Positions 19,626-29,304 of a DNA stretch of 64,000 nucleotides are shown here, piece by piece. Source of the stretch: Minisyncoccota bacterium (GTDB taxonomy: Bacteria > Patescibacteriota > Minisyncoccia > Phycocordibacterales > UBA9973); assembly GCA_043771685.1 (NCBI GenBank), contig JAYVGX010000034.1:11690-75689 (forward strand), in the 5' to 3' direction. The notes beneath the pieces were generated by a model. That model did not search any database. It was not told where the DNA came from and saw only the letters and a program-made list of their open reading frames with translations. The position numbers and the translations under genes were made by a program. The first letter of the stretch is position 1, and each line of letters starts with the position of its first letter.

Positions 19626-20465
19626 TTACAAATCTTTTTCCAAACAAAATCTTGGTATATAACCCTTATTAATCATTTGTGTTATTTCATGTTCTCCTAT
19701 TTCATTATTTTTATATATTTCAATTACATTAGGCGTGTCTATATTTAAAGCTTGCTTCCATTTGTCACCATAATTTTCATCATTTCTCCATTGTTTATTT
19801 ACAATGTATTCGTCTTTCATATACTTACGAGTTGAATGCCAAACTTTTATTAATTCATAATTATCTTTATCTTTTAAATTTGATACACCATCCTTATACT
19901 CAAAATAATCATCCGGATTTGCTATTTTTTCTCCTCTTAATTTAAAATTATTTTTCTTTAACCACTCTGTTACAGATGGTTGTGAAGTATAGGCCTCTAT
20001 ACCTTTTGCATTAGTTATGCTATTCATTTTAAGAATTTTAAAATATTCCTCTGCTTTTTTAAGAAAATCTGTTCCAGAAATATTTAAATCGTCTTTTGAT
20101 TTTATAAACCTATGCTTCATTTTCCAATAAACTTCTCCTTTTGTATTTGGGACACTCTCTTTGAAACGAAGAGAAGCTGAGACTTTGTAATTCTTTAAAT
20201 TTTTGTAATTTTCAACTAAAGAAAAATCAATTTTAGTTTCTAGTTTATCTTCCTCTTTAAATCCGTATACATAATAACAGAAATTTTCTGATAATTTTTT
20301 CACATACAAAACATCCAATTCATCAGTTTCAGTATGATTTTTAAACTGTTCTAAAACATCTTTTTCATCAAAGGGTTTCATAAATTCATCATGAATCTTT
20401 TGTTTTTCAATCTCTTCTGAAGTTTTATTATTTTCTATCTTTGGTATATCGGGTTTAAGATTCAT
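19626..20465 (-). CDS. Hypothetical protein (possible divergent GNAT-like fold)
   Basis: 279-aa ORF; GTDFLKKAEE and SQPSVTEWLKKNNF loosely resemble GNAT motifs A and B. Confidence 0.6.
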   Translation of the reverse strand: MNLKPDIPKIENNKTSEEIEKQKIHDEFMKPFDEKDVLEQFKNHTETDELDVLYVKKLSENFCYYVYGFKEEDKLETKIDFSLVENYKNLKNYKVSASLRFKESVPNTKGEVYWKMKHRFIKSKDDLNISGTDFLKKAEEYFKILKMNSITNAKGIEAYTSQPSVTEWLKKNNFKLRGEKIANPDDYFEYKDGVSNLKDKDNYELIKVWHSTRKYMKDEYIVNKQWRNDENYGDKWKQALNIDTPNVIEIYKNNEIGEHEITQMINKGYIPRFCLEKDL

Positions 20466-20474
20466 AAAAATGAA

Positions 20475-21032
20475 TTATTGATTAAACTTCTTCACTGCAA
20501 GCCAGATGAGTGCACCGAGAGCAAAACCGAGGATTAGAACTTTTATAAGTTTGTCGGCACTGTTCCAATAACGCATAGATGCGATAATCAGTGACAATAC
20601 TCCACCCCACGAAAATGCAAGTGGTAAGACGGACACAGTTACAAAAGCACCAGCTATCAACGACAGGACCCCTAGCACAACAAGAGTAATAAATACATTT
20701 CTGTCATAAATCTTGCGGGCTTCATCATAATTTTTTTGATTTGTATAGTTTGCATCACAATAACCTTTAATTTCATCTTTTTGCATCTTACTATCTATTA
20801 GGACAGGTTGCTGGTAAGTATTTGCATTCCACTGACCACCGATAACCAAACATTCATCTTGAGTTTGTATTTCTTTTACGATTTGAGTTGATTTAAAATA
20901 ATCATTGTAATCTGGCTCATTGTATATAAATGAAATAGCATAATTAAAAAACATATTCATTACGATGACGATGCCGACAGTAATTGCTATTTTTATAAAC
21001 TTGTTAGTTTTATTTTGTGTATTTTGTTCCAT
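20475..21032 (-). CDS. Hypothetical membrane protein
   Basis: Four TM segments with a Cys-containing external loop (CLVIGGQW...GYCD). Confidence 0.75.
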   Translation of the reverse strand: MEQNTQNKTNKFIKIAITVGIVIVMNMFFNYAISFIYNEPDYNDYFKSTQIVKEIQTQDECLVIGGQWNANTYQQPVLIDSKMQKDEIKGYCDANYTNQKNYDEARKIYDRNVFITLVVLGVLSLIAGAFVTVSVLPLAFSWGGVLSLIIASMRYWNSADKLIKVLILGFALGALIWLAVKKFNQ

Positions 21033-21072
21033 ATGCTTTAAAGTATATCAAAAAAGTGTTACAATAGGAAAT

Positions 21073-21648
21073 ATGCAAAAAGAAAGAAAAACAATAAATA
21101 AATTGGAAAGATTCTCAATCTTAGCTACGCGTTGGATAGGATCACTCGAATCACTTATTTTCCATACTATATTTTTTATGGGAATTTTTTCTCTGACTTT
21201 TTTTGGTGTTGCTATCGAGAAAGTTTTACTTATTGTAACTACTATTGTGTCTTATGAGGCTATATACTTATCTATATTTATACAAATGTCTGTAAATCGT
21301 CAAGCTCGTAAATTGAAAGCCGTAGCTCGTGATCTAGAAGAAATTCAAGAAGATGTGGAGGAGATCCAAGAAGACGTTGAGGAAATCCAAGAAGACGTTG
21401 AGGGTATCGAAAAAGATGTGGAGGAGATACAAGAAGACGTCGAGAGTATCGAAAAAGATGTCGAGGAGATACAAGAAGACGTCGAAGAAATAAATGAAGA
21501 ATCTGAAGAAGAAGAAAAAATAGAAGAAGAAGAAGATAAAAAACACGACCAAATGATGAGTCGTATCGAAGACACCTTGGGTAAACTCATAAATGAAATA
21601 ACAGAACTAAAAAAACAAGAGAAAAAAGTTACCAGATCTAAAAAGTAA
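21073..21648 (+). CDS. DUF1003-like membrane protein with an acidic heptad coiled coil
   Basis: WIGS..SLIFH, LLIVTTIVSYEAIYLSIFIQMSVNRQ, then (EEIQEDV)n. Start at MQKERK. Confidence 0.8.
   Translation: MQKERKTINKLERFSILATRWIGSLESLIFHTIFFMGIFSLTFFGVAIEKVLLIVTTIVSYEAIYLSIFIQMSVNRQARKLKAVARDLEEIQEDVEEIQEDVEEIQEDVEGIEKDVEEIQEDVESIEKDVEEIQEDVEEINEESEEEEKIEEEEDKKHDQMMSRIEDTLGKLINEITELKKQEKKVTRSKK
21337..21492 (+). repeat. Coding 21-bp tandem repeat, about 7.5 units
   Basis: GAGGAGATACAAGAAGACGTC-type units encoding EEIQEDV / E(G/S)IEKDV. Confidence 0.9.
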
Positions 21649-22228
21649 TTTTTACACCCCCCTGTCTTAAAACATTGAATTTATTATTTTTGTACTCTAC
21701 TAGAGTACTAGGCTTGGCGTCTCTCGTCCCAACACAAATATAGCAGTCTACACTGGTACCAAAATACTTTTTGGCTTCAGATCTTTTTTTTGCATGTGGC
21801 ATGCCTTGAGGGTTAGCGCTTGGGGCAAGTAACGGACCAACTGTTTGTATTAAATTAAATAGATTTTTATTTCTCTTTGGTATCATTCGGAAAGCGATAG
21901 TCCCTAGACCACGGTGCAGGTATTTTAAATCTTTTAGTATTTTTTTATCTTCTATTGGTAGGATAACACTTAGTTTCCCAGGCCAAAAATTCCGAAGGAA
22001 TTTTTGGCCCTCTTCTCCTAATTGCACTCCAAACTTTTTCAAATTCTCGAAACTGTTTACAAGTACGATACACGCTTTACCTTCATCACGACCTTTTATT
22101 TTATAAACTCTCTCTACAGCCTTTTTCGAATATGCAGAACAAACAAGCCCATAAATAGTATCGGTTGGTATTACAACAACAGCATCCTTTTTTAAAACAC
22201 CCGCAACATTTCCCCAATCGTTTTTCAT
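21638..22228 (-). CDS. tsaC: L-threonylcarbamoyladenylate synthase (TsaC/YrdC)
   Basis: PTDTIYGL, KIKGR, FWPGKLS, APSAN, PSTLV. Confidence 0.93.
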   Translation of the reverse strand: MKNDWGNVAGVLKKDAVVVIPTDTIYGLVCSAYSKKAVERVYKIKGRDEGKACIVLVNSFENLKKFGVQLGEEGQKFLRNFWPGKLSVILPIEDKKILKDLKYLHRGLGTIAFRMIPKRNKNLFNLIQTVGPLLAPSANPQGMPHAKKRSEAKKYFGTSVDCYICVGTRDAKPSTLVEYKNNKFNVLRQGGVKITF

Positions 22229-22231
22229 ATT

Positions 22232-22561
22232 CTATATATTATTTATCTTTACTGCTACGATAAAGTCGTTTTGGGACAGGCCGTTGATAGCGTGGGTAGA
22301 TAAATTTATAGTTACAAATTTATAATTAGTTAAGTGTATGTCTGGATGATGACCTTCAGATTCGGCGATACAGCCAACTTTATTCGCAAAAGACAAACCT
22401 TCAACGAAATTTTTAAATTCAAACTTTTTAGAGATACTTTTGGCGTCGTCTGAAAGAATCCAGTCTTTGACGTGGAAATTTATCATCGCCTCGGCATCAG
22501 CCTTACTTAAAGGATCTACTCCGCCCTCGCACGGTATACATTTTTCATTTAATAAATTCAT
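22232..22561 (-). CDS. Pterin-4-alpha-carbinolamine dehydratase
   Basis: KCIPCEGG, AESEGHHPDI, STHAINGLSQNDF. Confidence 0.92.
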   Translation of the reverse strand: MNLLNEKCIPCEGGVDPLSKADAEAMINFHVKDWILSDDAKSISKKFEFKNFVEGLSFANKVGCIAESEGHHPDIHLTNYKFVTINLSTHAINGLSQNDFIVAVKINNI

Positions 22562-22612
22562 CCTACTATTATACAATAAAAAAAGCGCTAATGGAAGTTA
22601 GCGCCTTTCTTT

Positions 22613-22750
22613 TTAATTTAATGAATATTTAATATCCATTTTTTTAATTTTTACTGTTATGGAAAGGTTCTTTACTTCTTGATAACTAGTGTCATCGTTT
22701 ATAATACAAACCTCACCAGTTTTTGGATCTCTTAAAAGAAATATTCTCAT
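22613..22750 (-). CDS. Possible small protein (45 aa)
   Basis: MRIFLLRDPKTGEVCIINDD...; followed by a GCGCTAA/TTAGCGC terminator-like hairpin (22581-22609). Confidence 0.35.
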   Translation of the reverse strand: MRIFLLRDPKTGEVCIINDDTSYQEVKNLSITVKIKKMDIKYSLN

Positions 22751-22785
22751 ATTTTTAGAATTTAAAGTTTAAAAAATTTATTTTA

Positions 22786-23082
22786 TTAAAACAAAGCATA
22801 TTGAGAAGAAATCTCGATCATACTTTCTACGATTTTCTTTTTTTTGTCACGTCTTTTTTGTAGATAAATCTCTACAAATGACATCCATTTTTCAGGATCA
22901 AATCTTAAATAATCTGGTTTATTATTTAAGACTATTCGAGTCCATGGTTCTCCTTTGATTTTTAGTCTTTTTTGTTTGTAATAACAATTTAAGATTTCTT
23001 GAATCCTATCGTGAGCATCCCTTACGTTTACAAGAATTTGATGATACTGGACATCATCCAGTATCAATTTCCGTCTTTTCAT
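22786..23082 (-). CDS. Hypothetical protein
   Basis: 98-aa ORF preceded by minus-strand TTGACA-N16-TATATT (23147-23120). Confidence 0.55.
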   Translation of the reverse strand: MKRRKLILDDVQYHQILVNVRDAHDRIQEILNCYYKQKRLKIKGEPWTRIVLNNKPDYLRFDPEKWMSFVEIYLQKRRDKKKKIVESMIEISSQYALF

Positions 23083-23259
23083 TTTTCATATATTTAAAGT
23101 GAAAAAATCTATTTTCTTAAATATAACACACAGACAATATATGTCAATCTTATTGACGCGAATTCTAACCTGAAACGCAACACTTCATCTGGCACTCATC
23201 TACTGGCAATGTACTCACACATATACCTCAAAGGAGAAACCATACCAAGGATTAGCATA

Positions 23260-23565
23260 TATGAAAATTCATTTAAAACAAGGCGAGAAAGATAGATAAG
23301 AAGAAGATTTTAGATGAATTTAGTGCTACAACTGGGTATCATAGAAAGTTAGCAATCAAAAAGTAAAGATTTACAAATGACACCATATACTAAAGAAAGA
23401 TAGTTTTGCGGGAAAACACAATAATCTAATCAAAAAAAATAAACCAATATTTTAATCAAAAAAATACAGAAAGATTCAGAGTACTACTTATGATATACTT
23501 CGTGTATTAAAAATAATTGAGCCAAAATTAATTCTTGGTAACATTATTAGGTGAGGTAATGAGTA
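23260..23565 (+). mobile_element. Decayed, internally deleted DDE/rve-type transposase remnant
   Basis: 23280-23366 reads KARKIDKKKILDEFSATTGYHRKLAIKK*, matching the recalled N-terminal KILDEFC.TTGYHRKYAI motif; a TPY remnant follows, then GGTAACATTATTAGGTGAGG resembling that family's 3' end. Confidence 0.55.
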
Positions 23566-23612
23566 AATAAATTAAAAGCAGTTTATATATTTATATACAA
23601 ACTGCTTATATT

Positions 23613-24470
23613 TTAAGTTAATCGTTTTTTACATTCATACAAATAATCTACAAATCTCAAACTATTACTTTTAACAGAAGGATCAAAAATAACAGCCGGT
23701 ACTTCAAAGAAACCGACAGATGGATGAACTTCCTCCCAAAACTCAATAGTTGTCTTTATGCATGCAATAGAAAATTTTAAAGCATTTTTTTTAGGAACAG
23801 ATGCCCAAACAACAGGATTACCCCATGGTAATAAATAAGGAACATGAAAATACGATCCATCATTACTTACTAATGTTTTCCCAGATTCAGGAAATCCTGG
23901 CAAGAAATGTCGTACATAAGATTCATTTAAAATATCACTAAAATTATATAGTGACTCTACTACTACTCCCAACTTATTTAAAATCTCTTTTCCTTGACCA
24001 AAGACAACTCCAGCTATAACTTTCTTAAAAAATACATCCATTATTTTTGCTGTTTCAATCAACTCTTTACAATCTTGACCACTAAATACAATATCGTCAA
24101 GTAAAGTATGCTCGTAGTACAACCCTAAGTTTCTAAGCTGAGAAGGTAAATCATTGTATCCATACTTAGGAAGTTGAACGTCAATTTTTTTAAAATTTTG
24201 GTCAATTCCACGAGTAAGCTTTAGAGAAAAAGGGCTTACAATCTTATCAGAAAAAGCGTCTGTCCGCACAACCACATCTCGAGGCGAAACTTTTGTCATC
24301 CAGTTAGTTATTTATTTTTCAAAAAGCAAAACCGTGTTACCTGAAATAAATTTTTCACAATGCATATAAACACTTTGTGAAATATAACGGGCAATAATAT
24401 CCCTTAAATGATAATCCCCAAACCTTGACATAGTCCTTACGTCTTCAGTTATTACAAATAATTTTTGCAT
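23613..24470 (-). pseudogene. Phosphoribosyltransferase-like protein interrupted by an in-frame TAA
   Basis: MQKLFVITED (24470) is in frame with the 228-aa ORF across TAA 24312-24314; LLDDIVFSG is a PRPP-binding-like motif. Confidence 0.6.
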
Positions 24471-24646
24471 ACTTTATTTATTTATTTTATAAAAATAAAA
24501 GCATATATTGTTCCATTTTGTCAAATACACCGCCATGAATTTGACAAAATAAAAAACCACCCCTCCAAATGGTGATGACTTCGTGTTTATCCGTCAGAAG
24601 TAAATAATTTAACAGGAAATTAAATTCCAAGTAGTTCAAAACATTC

Positions 24647-25152
24647 TTAAGTAAGTGGTAAGGTTGAAATCTTATCACACTTGTCGAGATATTCTGAATC
24701 ACCATTTATAACCCCAAATTGTTTAACTAATTTTGAATCAAGAAAATCTTGAATACTGTTTCCGATCATTATCTTTTCAAATTCAATATGTTCTTTGCAA
24801 AGATAAAGAACGATTTGTTTCTTGCTACTCGAATCAATATGAACAATAAGTATCCCATACTTCATGTTTAAATCGAAATGAAGTTGTACGCCATATTCTT
24901 TTACTTTTTCCAAAAAAAGATTGGATTTCTTTTAATTGAATTTCGTGAACCTTTGATATTACATTTTTCTGCCCACCTCTTCATTGTTGGCATTGGTGAA
25001 TCTGAGCACAATCCTACAATATTACCCTGTTCTTGAAACAGACGGAATTTTTCTTGAACAACATCATGAGGCAATGTTAGTTCATAAGATTTGCCTATCA
25101 ATGTGGAATCAAGGTCAAAAATTACTATTTTCTTCATCTTACTGGTATACAT
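24647..25152 (-). pseudogene. HAD-superfamily (Cof-like) hydrolase, frameshifted and internally deleted
   Basis: Motif I IFDLDSTL and LCSDS in the first fragment; K...MIGNSIQD (motifs III/IV) in the second fragment. Confidence 0.65.
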
Positions 25153-25295
25153 GATTTTATTTTTTAAATGAACGATTTTAGAAATCCAGCATGGATTTCC
25201 TTTAAATATAAAGCTAATATACTAAACCAATTAATCCAAATTTATTTGGTGTAAAAATTTATATCTAAAAAACACTCTTACCTTTCAAAATTTGT

Positions 25296-25950
25296 CTATT
25301 TGTTAATGACAAATACATCATAAATTGCATTATCTTTATTGTAATATGCTGCCCACTCACGATCACCATAAGAAAAATGCCACCATTCCCCCTCAAAAGG
25401 CGCAAATCCTTGCCTTAATAATAAATCTCTAAGAAGTGCTCTATTTTGAATCTGTTCATTTGTTAGACCTTCAGCGTAAGTTTTTATTAAATTACTAGAA
25501 AAATCTGCAATTTTACACCCCCATATCAAACACTCCGTTTTTATCTTCAATAGTTATATCTACTGCTCCACCAGTTGAGTGCCCAGCAACATCAGGGTGC
25601 GCAGTTAGTAAGTGAGTCTTAAAGATTAATTCAATCTCTGTTATGTTTGGATATTTCTCAGACATTTCTTTTTTACGTGTTTCAAAATAAGCATTTTGAA
25701 TATAGGGGTGCCTATATCCATAGGCGATACGAAAGAATGCACCTGGGCTTATTTGTTGCAATTTTTCTTGAGCTAGTTTTAGTTTAGAAATAACACTTTC
25801 TCGTAAATAAAATTTATCTCCTAGTAGTGGAATCATATCTAATTTATAATACTCACACCTTATACTAGGTACTAACTCTTGAACAACCAACATTTTTTCA
25901 TTAGATTCCATGATGGGTATATTTAATAGTTGTTCTATTGTTGTAATCAT
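25296..25950 (-). pseudogene. D-Ala-D-Ala dipeptidase (VanX/DdpX, M15D), +1 frameshift
   Basis: GYR, GHSTGGAVD in the 5' part; EWWHFSYGD in the 3' part; extra G in a G5 run (25518-25522), DMGV* versus DMGCK. Confidence 0.85.
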
Positions 25951-25990
25951 ATCTTATACAATAGCATTTTTTAGCAAAAAAATAAATAAA

Positions 25991-26030
25991 AATCCCTCTA
26001 TTTTGATTGCTCAAAATAGAGGGATAATTT
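25991..26030 (-). terminator. Rho-independent terminator after the GNAT gene
   Basis: ATCCCTCTATTTTGA-TTGC-TCAAAATAGAGGGAT hairpin with an A-rich left flank. Confidence 0.7.
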
Positions 26031-26556
26031 AACTTATATTACCGTATAGGTAAATTCTCTGCTTACTTACAGAGGCAATCTCGTCCGGATTTTCTTCTAC
26101 ATTTTGCACAACACCCTGAAGTTCAATAGCTCCTAAAATGTTTAGATACAACCTTTTTGAATTTGAATCATCTTTAGCTGTACGCATGATGTAGTTAGTG
26201 AATCCAATTTGTTTTGCATATTGAATTCTCTTTTTAACCAACTCTACACCGATATGAAAATCAGATTTACGAAACAAGCTTAATACCCCAAGTTCAGACA
26301 TATAAAACGTTTTGTCTAAAACAAACGGTAACTCATGTTGTGTTTTCAAAAAGTCAAAAATCTTTTTGTCTTTTACAACAGGAATAGCTCCACCAAAACC
26401 AACAACATTGTCTTTATTTAACGCTATAAAAAGACAACCCTCATTGATGTGGAAATTCCAAACATGTTCCTCCACCCAATGATCTCTGTATTCTTCAAAG
26501 TAAGGTGCTTCAGAAAATACATCCTTGTACAAAGAAATGAACTTATCTTTGTATAT
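26029..26556 (-). CDS. GNAT acetyltransferase domain, in frame with the upstream racemase across one TAA
   Basis: LYKDVFSEAPYFE, VVGFGGA, YMSELGVLSLFRK..HIG; no ATG start of its own. Confidence 0.75.
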   Translation of the reverse strand: MYKDKFISLYKDVFSEAPYFEEYRDHWVEEHVWNFHINEGCLFIALNKDNVVGFGGAIPVVKDKKIFDFLKTQHELPFVLDKTFYMSELGVLSLFRKSDFHIGVELVKKRIQYAKQIGFTNYIMRTAKDDSNSKRLYLNILGAIELQGVVQNVEENPDEIASVSKQRIYLYGNIS

Positions 26557-27341
26557 TTAATTTAAGTCAAAGACTTGCACATACTGAACTGCCTCTTTCT
26601 CCTCAAATACAATATCCATTGCACTTTCTAAAACAACACTATCGTTTGCGATTGTAGCAACAATGTCTTGTCCAGAAGGTTGTGTAATTTTTTGTACACC
26701 TGTAGTAGCAGAAACAGCAATTGTGCCAGACCCGCAAGCTGTTTCGTAGAAAAAAGTATCTATACTTCTAACCCAAACAACTGGATCAATTTTTACACTA
26801 TCAGCATTTTGCTTAATCCAAATCACACCAACGGCATCTTTGTCTTGAAGTTTTAAAGACTGAGTAATTTGCTTATGAATAACTTCATATTCTTTTGGAA
26901 AATCAGCCTTGATCACAACATGTACAATTCCTCCCAAATCAACGAGTGTTGCTGTTGATCCTTCAACTGAAACTTCTCGTTTTAAAACTGGAAGGCCTTT
27001 AAATTCACAGCGAATATAATTATCATCTATAACCCTAGACTGGACTACCCCAGCGTACCCAGACATAGTAAAACTATTTTCTGGCTTATTGGTAATCTGA
27101 CTAATCACAATTGCTGCAGAACGAGCTGCGTTTCCACAAAACTCTCCTCCACTCATTTCAAAGTGGAATTCTCCGTTGGAACTTTGAAGTAAAAAACCAG
27201 TTTGCTCTACTCCATATTTTTCAGTTTCAAGCATTAACTCACCACCAAACCTTTCATAGTTTTTTCTTGTGAGCTGGTTTTTGATTGTTCGAATCGCTGT
27301 TGGATTTCCCCCTGCAGCGTTAATTACATATAAGTCTTCAT
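26557..27341 (-). pseudogene. PLP-independent amino-acid racemase, CntK/histidine-racemase-like (DapF fold); 2-bp frameshift near the start
   Basis: (MKTY)VINAAGGNPT, EQTGF, FEMSGGEFCGNA and ETACGSGT (both catalytic Cys present). ATG 27341 is put out of frame by an extra AT at about 27328-27331. Confidence 0.75.
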
Positions 27342-27343
27342 TG

Positions 27344-28666
27344 TTAAAATATTTTTAATGTTAAAGAATTTAATTGAATTGTTTTTTGTTCTCGATTTTT
27401 CTGATTTTTCAGATTGACCGAATTGTTTTCTTGTTCAGTGGTGCCTACTACTATCGTATAATCATAGCCCAGTTTATCTGCATACGCAAATTGATCACCA
27501 AGTTTTGATTTACCACCAGTATACACCTCACAAACAAGTCCAAGACTGCGAACAATGTTTGCAACTTTGAAAGCATACGCATTTGCAATACTATCCTGAA
27601 TCAGAACTATTACTTTTTTAGTCTGATTTGGGATAATAAAATCCATTGATTGCAAGGCGGAAACCAATCGGTCTACTCCGACACTTGCACCCACTGCTGG
27701 CAATGCTCTCACTCCAAAGCTTTCTACTAGTCCATCATATCGTCCACCTGAATACACAGAACCGAATTGTGGTGCGTCTACTAGATTGGTTTCAAAAACC
27801 ATTCCAGTGTAGTAAGCAAGTCCACGGATAATAGACATGTCGAATTCTACTTCAGTTACTCCGCAAGCCTCAAGGGTATTTGCAACTGCTTGAAGATCAT
27901 TTATTGCTTCTTTTGCTTCTTGGATTTCTCCGCAAGAACTTTTGATTTTAGCCAAAACTTCAATAGGATTTCCAGTGGTAGCTCCAAAGTCAATGAGGGC
28001 AAGTGCAGAAGCTTCAGAAAGTCCAATTTGAACAAGAGATGCTAAAAGTAGATTAGTCGAAACCTTGTCGCGTTTATCAAGCTCTATTAAAACAGCACGA
28101 AGTTTATCATCTGCAAAACCAAAAAGTTTTGGTAAGCAGTCGAGCAATTTTCGGGTGTTTGTACGAATGATAAATTTACCATTACCTACAATAGCGTTCA
28201 TAGTGTCACACATACAAAGCAAGACTTCGATGTCACTTGCAATATTGGCAGAACCAACAATGTCTACATCAAATTGGTCAAATTGTCGATATCGCCCTCG
28301 CTCTATCTGAGCAGTTTCTCCGCGAAATACGGGTCCAAACACCGACCTTTTAAAGGGTAGTGCAAGCTCACTCATGTGGTCTACCACATAGCGCGCAAGT
28401 GGAACAGTCTGATCAAAACGAAGAGACAAACTTTGAGCTGTACCAGTCTTGCGCTCTTTCGAAGGCGAAACTGAATAGAGATTGAAGTCTGTAACTTCAC
28501 CAGAGAGAGTCTCAGTAAATTCTACGAGAGGTGTCTCAATAGGCAAAAAGCCGTATTTTTTATAAACACTTGCAATAGTATATACGAGCCAGTCTTTAAA
28601 GGCTGAATCTTTTGGTGATAAGTCTCGTAATCCGCTTGGAATTCCCATTGATTTTCTTTTTTTCAT
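27344..28666 (-). CDS. hisS: Histidine--tRNA ligase
   Basis: LRFDQTVPLARY, FRGE...GRYRQFDQFDVD, RGLAYYTG, GGRYD, VGVDRL, anticodon-binding domain. Confidence 0.93.
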   Translation of the reverse strand: MKKRKSMGIPSGLRDLSPKDSAFKDWLVYTIASVYKKYGFLPIETPLVEFTETLSGEVTDFNLYSVSPSKERKTGTAQSLSLRFDQTVPLARYVVDHMSELALPFKRSVFGPVFRGETAQIERGRYRQFDQFDVDIVGSANIASDIEVLLCMCDTMNAIVGNGKFIIRTNTRKLLDCLPKLFGFADDKLRAVLIELDKRDKVSTNLLLASLVQIGLSEASALALIDFGATTGNPIEVLAKIKSSCGEIQEAKEAINDLQAVANTLEACGVTEVEFDMSIIRGLAYYTGMVFETNLVDAPQFGSVYSGGRYDGLVESFGVRALPAVGASVGVDRLVSALQSMDFIIPNQTKKVIVLIQDSIANAYAFKVANIVRSLGLVCEVYTGGKSKLGDQFAYADKLGYDYTIVVGTTEQENNSVNLKNQKNREQKTIQLNSLTLKIF

Positions 28667-28713
28667 TTGTTCTTTTTTTTAGATTATTTAATTTACAAAA
28701 TATACTCACTTTA

Positions 28714-28742
28714 AACATAAGATGTATTTTTTTAGATGTCAA
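28714..28742 (-). promoter_or_regulatory. Putative sigma70 promoter of the hisS operon
   Basis: TTGACA-N17-TATGTT on the minus strand. Confidence 0.5.
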
Positions 28743-28805
28743 AATTCTGTACTCGTCCCCCAATAATCAGAATTCCCCATTATTCTAATTTTTTTAATCA
28801 AATTT

Positions 28806-29297
28806 TTAAATACTAAACCCCATTATCATTGGTATGATCATTATTCCTAAAACTAGTAGTAACATTATAAATTTTGCGATAGCTTTATTTAATTTAGTTT
28901 GATTAAAGTTTTTATACCCAGCATAAACACCATGCAAACCTAAAATATCATCAATACCTTTAACCTGAACTATTTGAAAAAAAGGTAATTTTGATAAAAA
29001 ATAAATAAAAGCTGAATATGTAATCATAAAAATTACTATTATTTTTAACATTATATATTCATATACTTCATGAATAAATTGTATTTCAATATTAATATAA
29101 TAAAAATAAAATATCAGATCAATAATCAATCCAGCAAGTGAAACAAAAATTAAAATAAAATTTATCTTTGATATAGGCTTTGTTTCTGTTTTAGGTAGTT
29201 TTTGTATTTTCTTTCCTGTTTTAATTCTCATAAAAATAGAACCAACTACTAAAAGTATTAATATAATTCTTATTGTAATAATTAAAAAATTTTCCAT
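28806..29297 (-). CDS. Hypothetical membrane protein
   Basis: Four hydrophobic segments, very AT-rich. Start at MENFL. Confidence 0.6.
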   Translation of the reverse strand: MENFLIITIRIILILLVVGSIFMRIKTGKKIQKLPKTETKPISKINFILIFVSLAGLIIDLIFYFYYINIEIQFIHEVYEYIMLKIIVIFMITYSAFIYFLSKLPFFQIVQVKGIDDILGLHGVYAGYKNFNQTKLNKAIAKFIMLLLVLGIMIIPMIMGFSI

Positions 29298-29304
29298 TGT
29301 AATA

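Noticed and set aside
21334-21590. Phe-rich and Ser-rich minus-strand ORFs
   Set aside because: Antisense shadows of the 21-bp coding repeat.
24487-24705. 72-aa ORF
   Set aside because: Overlaps the HAD fragment in another frame and has no motif.
26557-27341. Annotation as dapF for lysine or peptidoglycan synthesis
   Set aside because: It lacks the typical DapF KMHGLGNDF, GNPH and ERG motifs; its motifs match the CntK-like branch.
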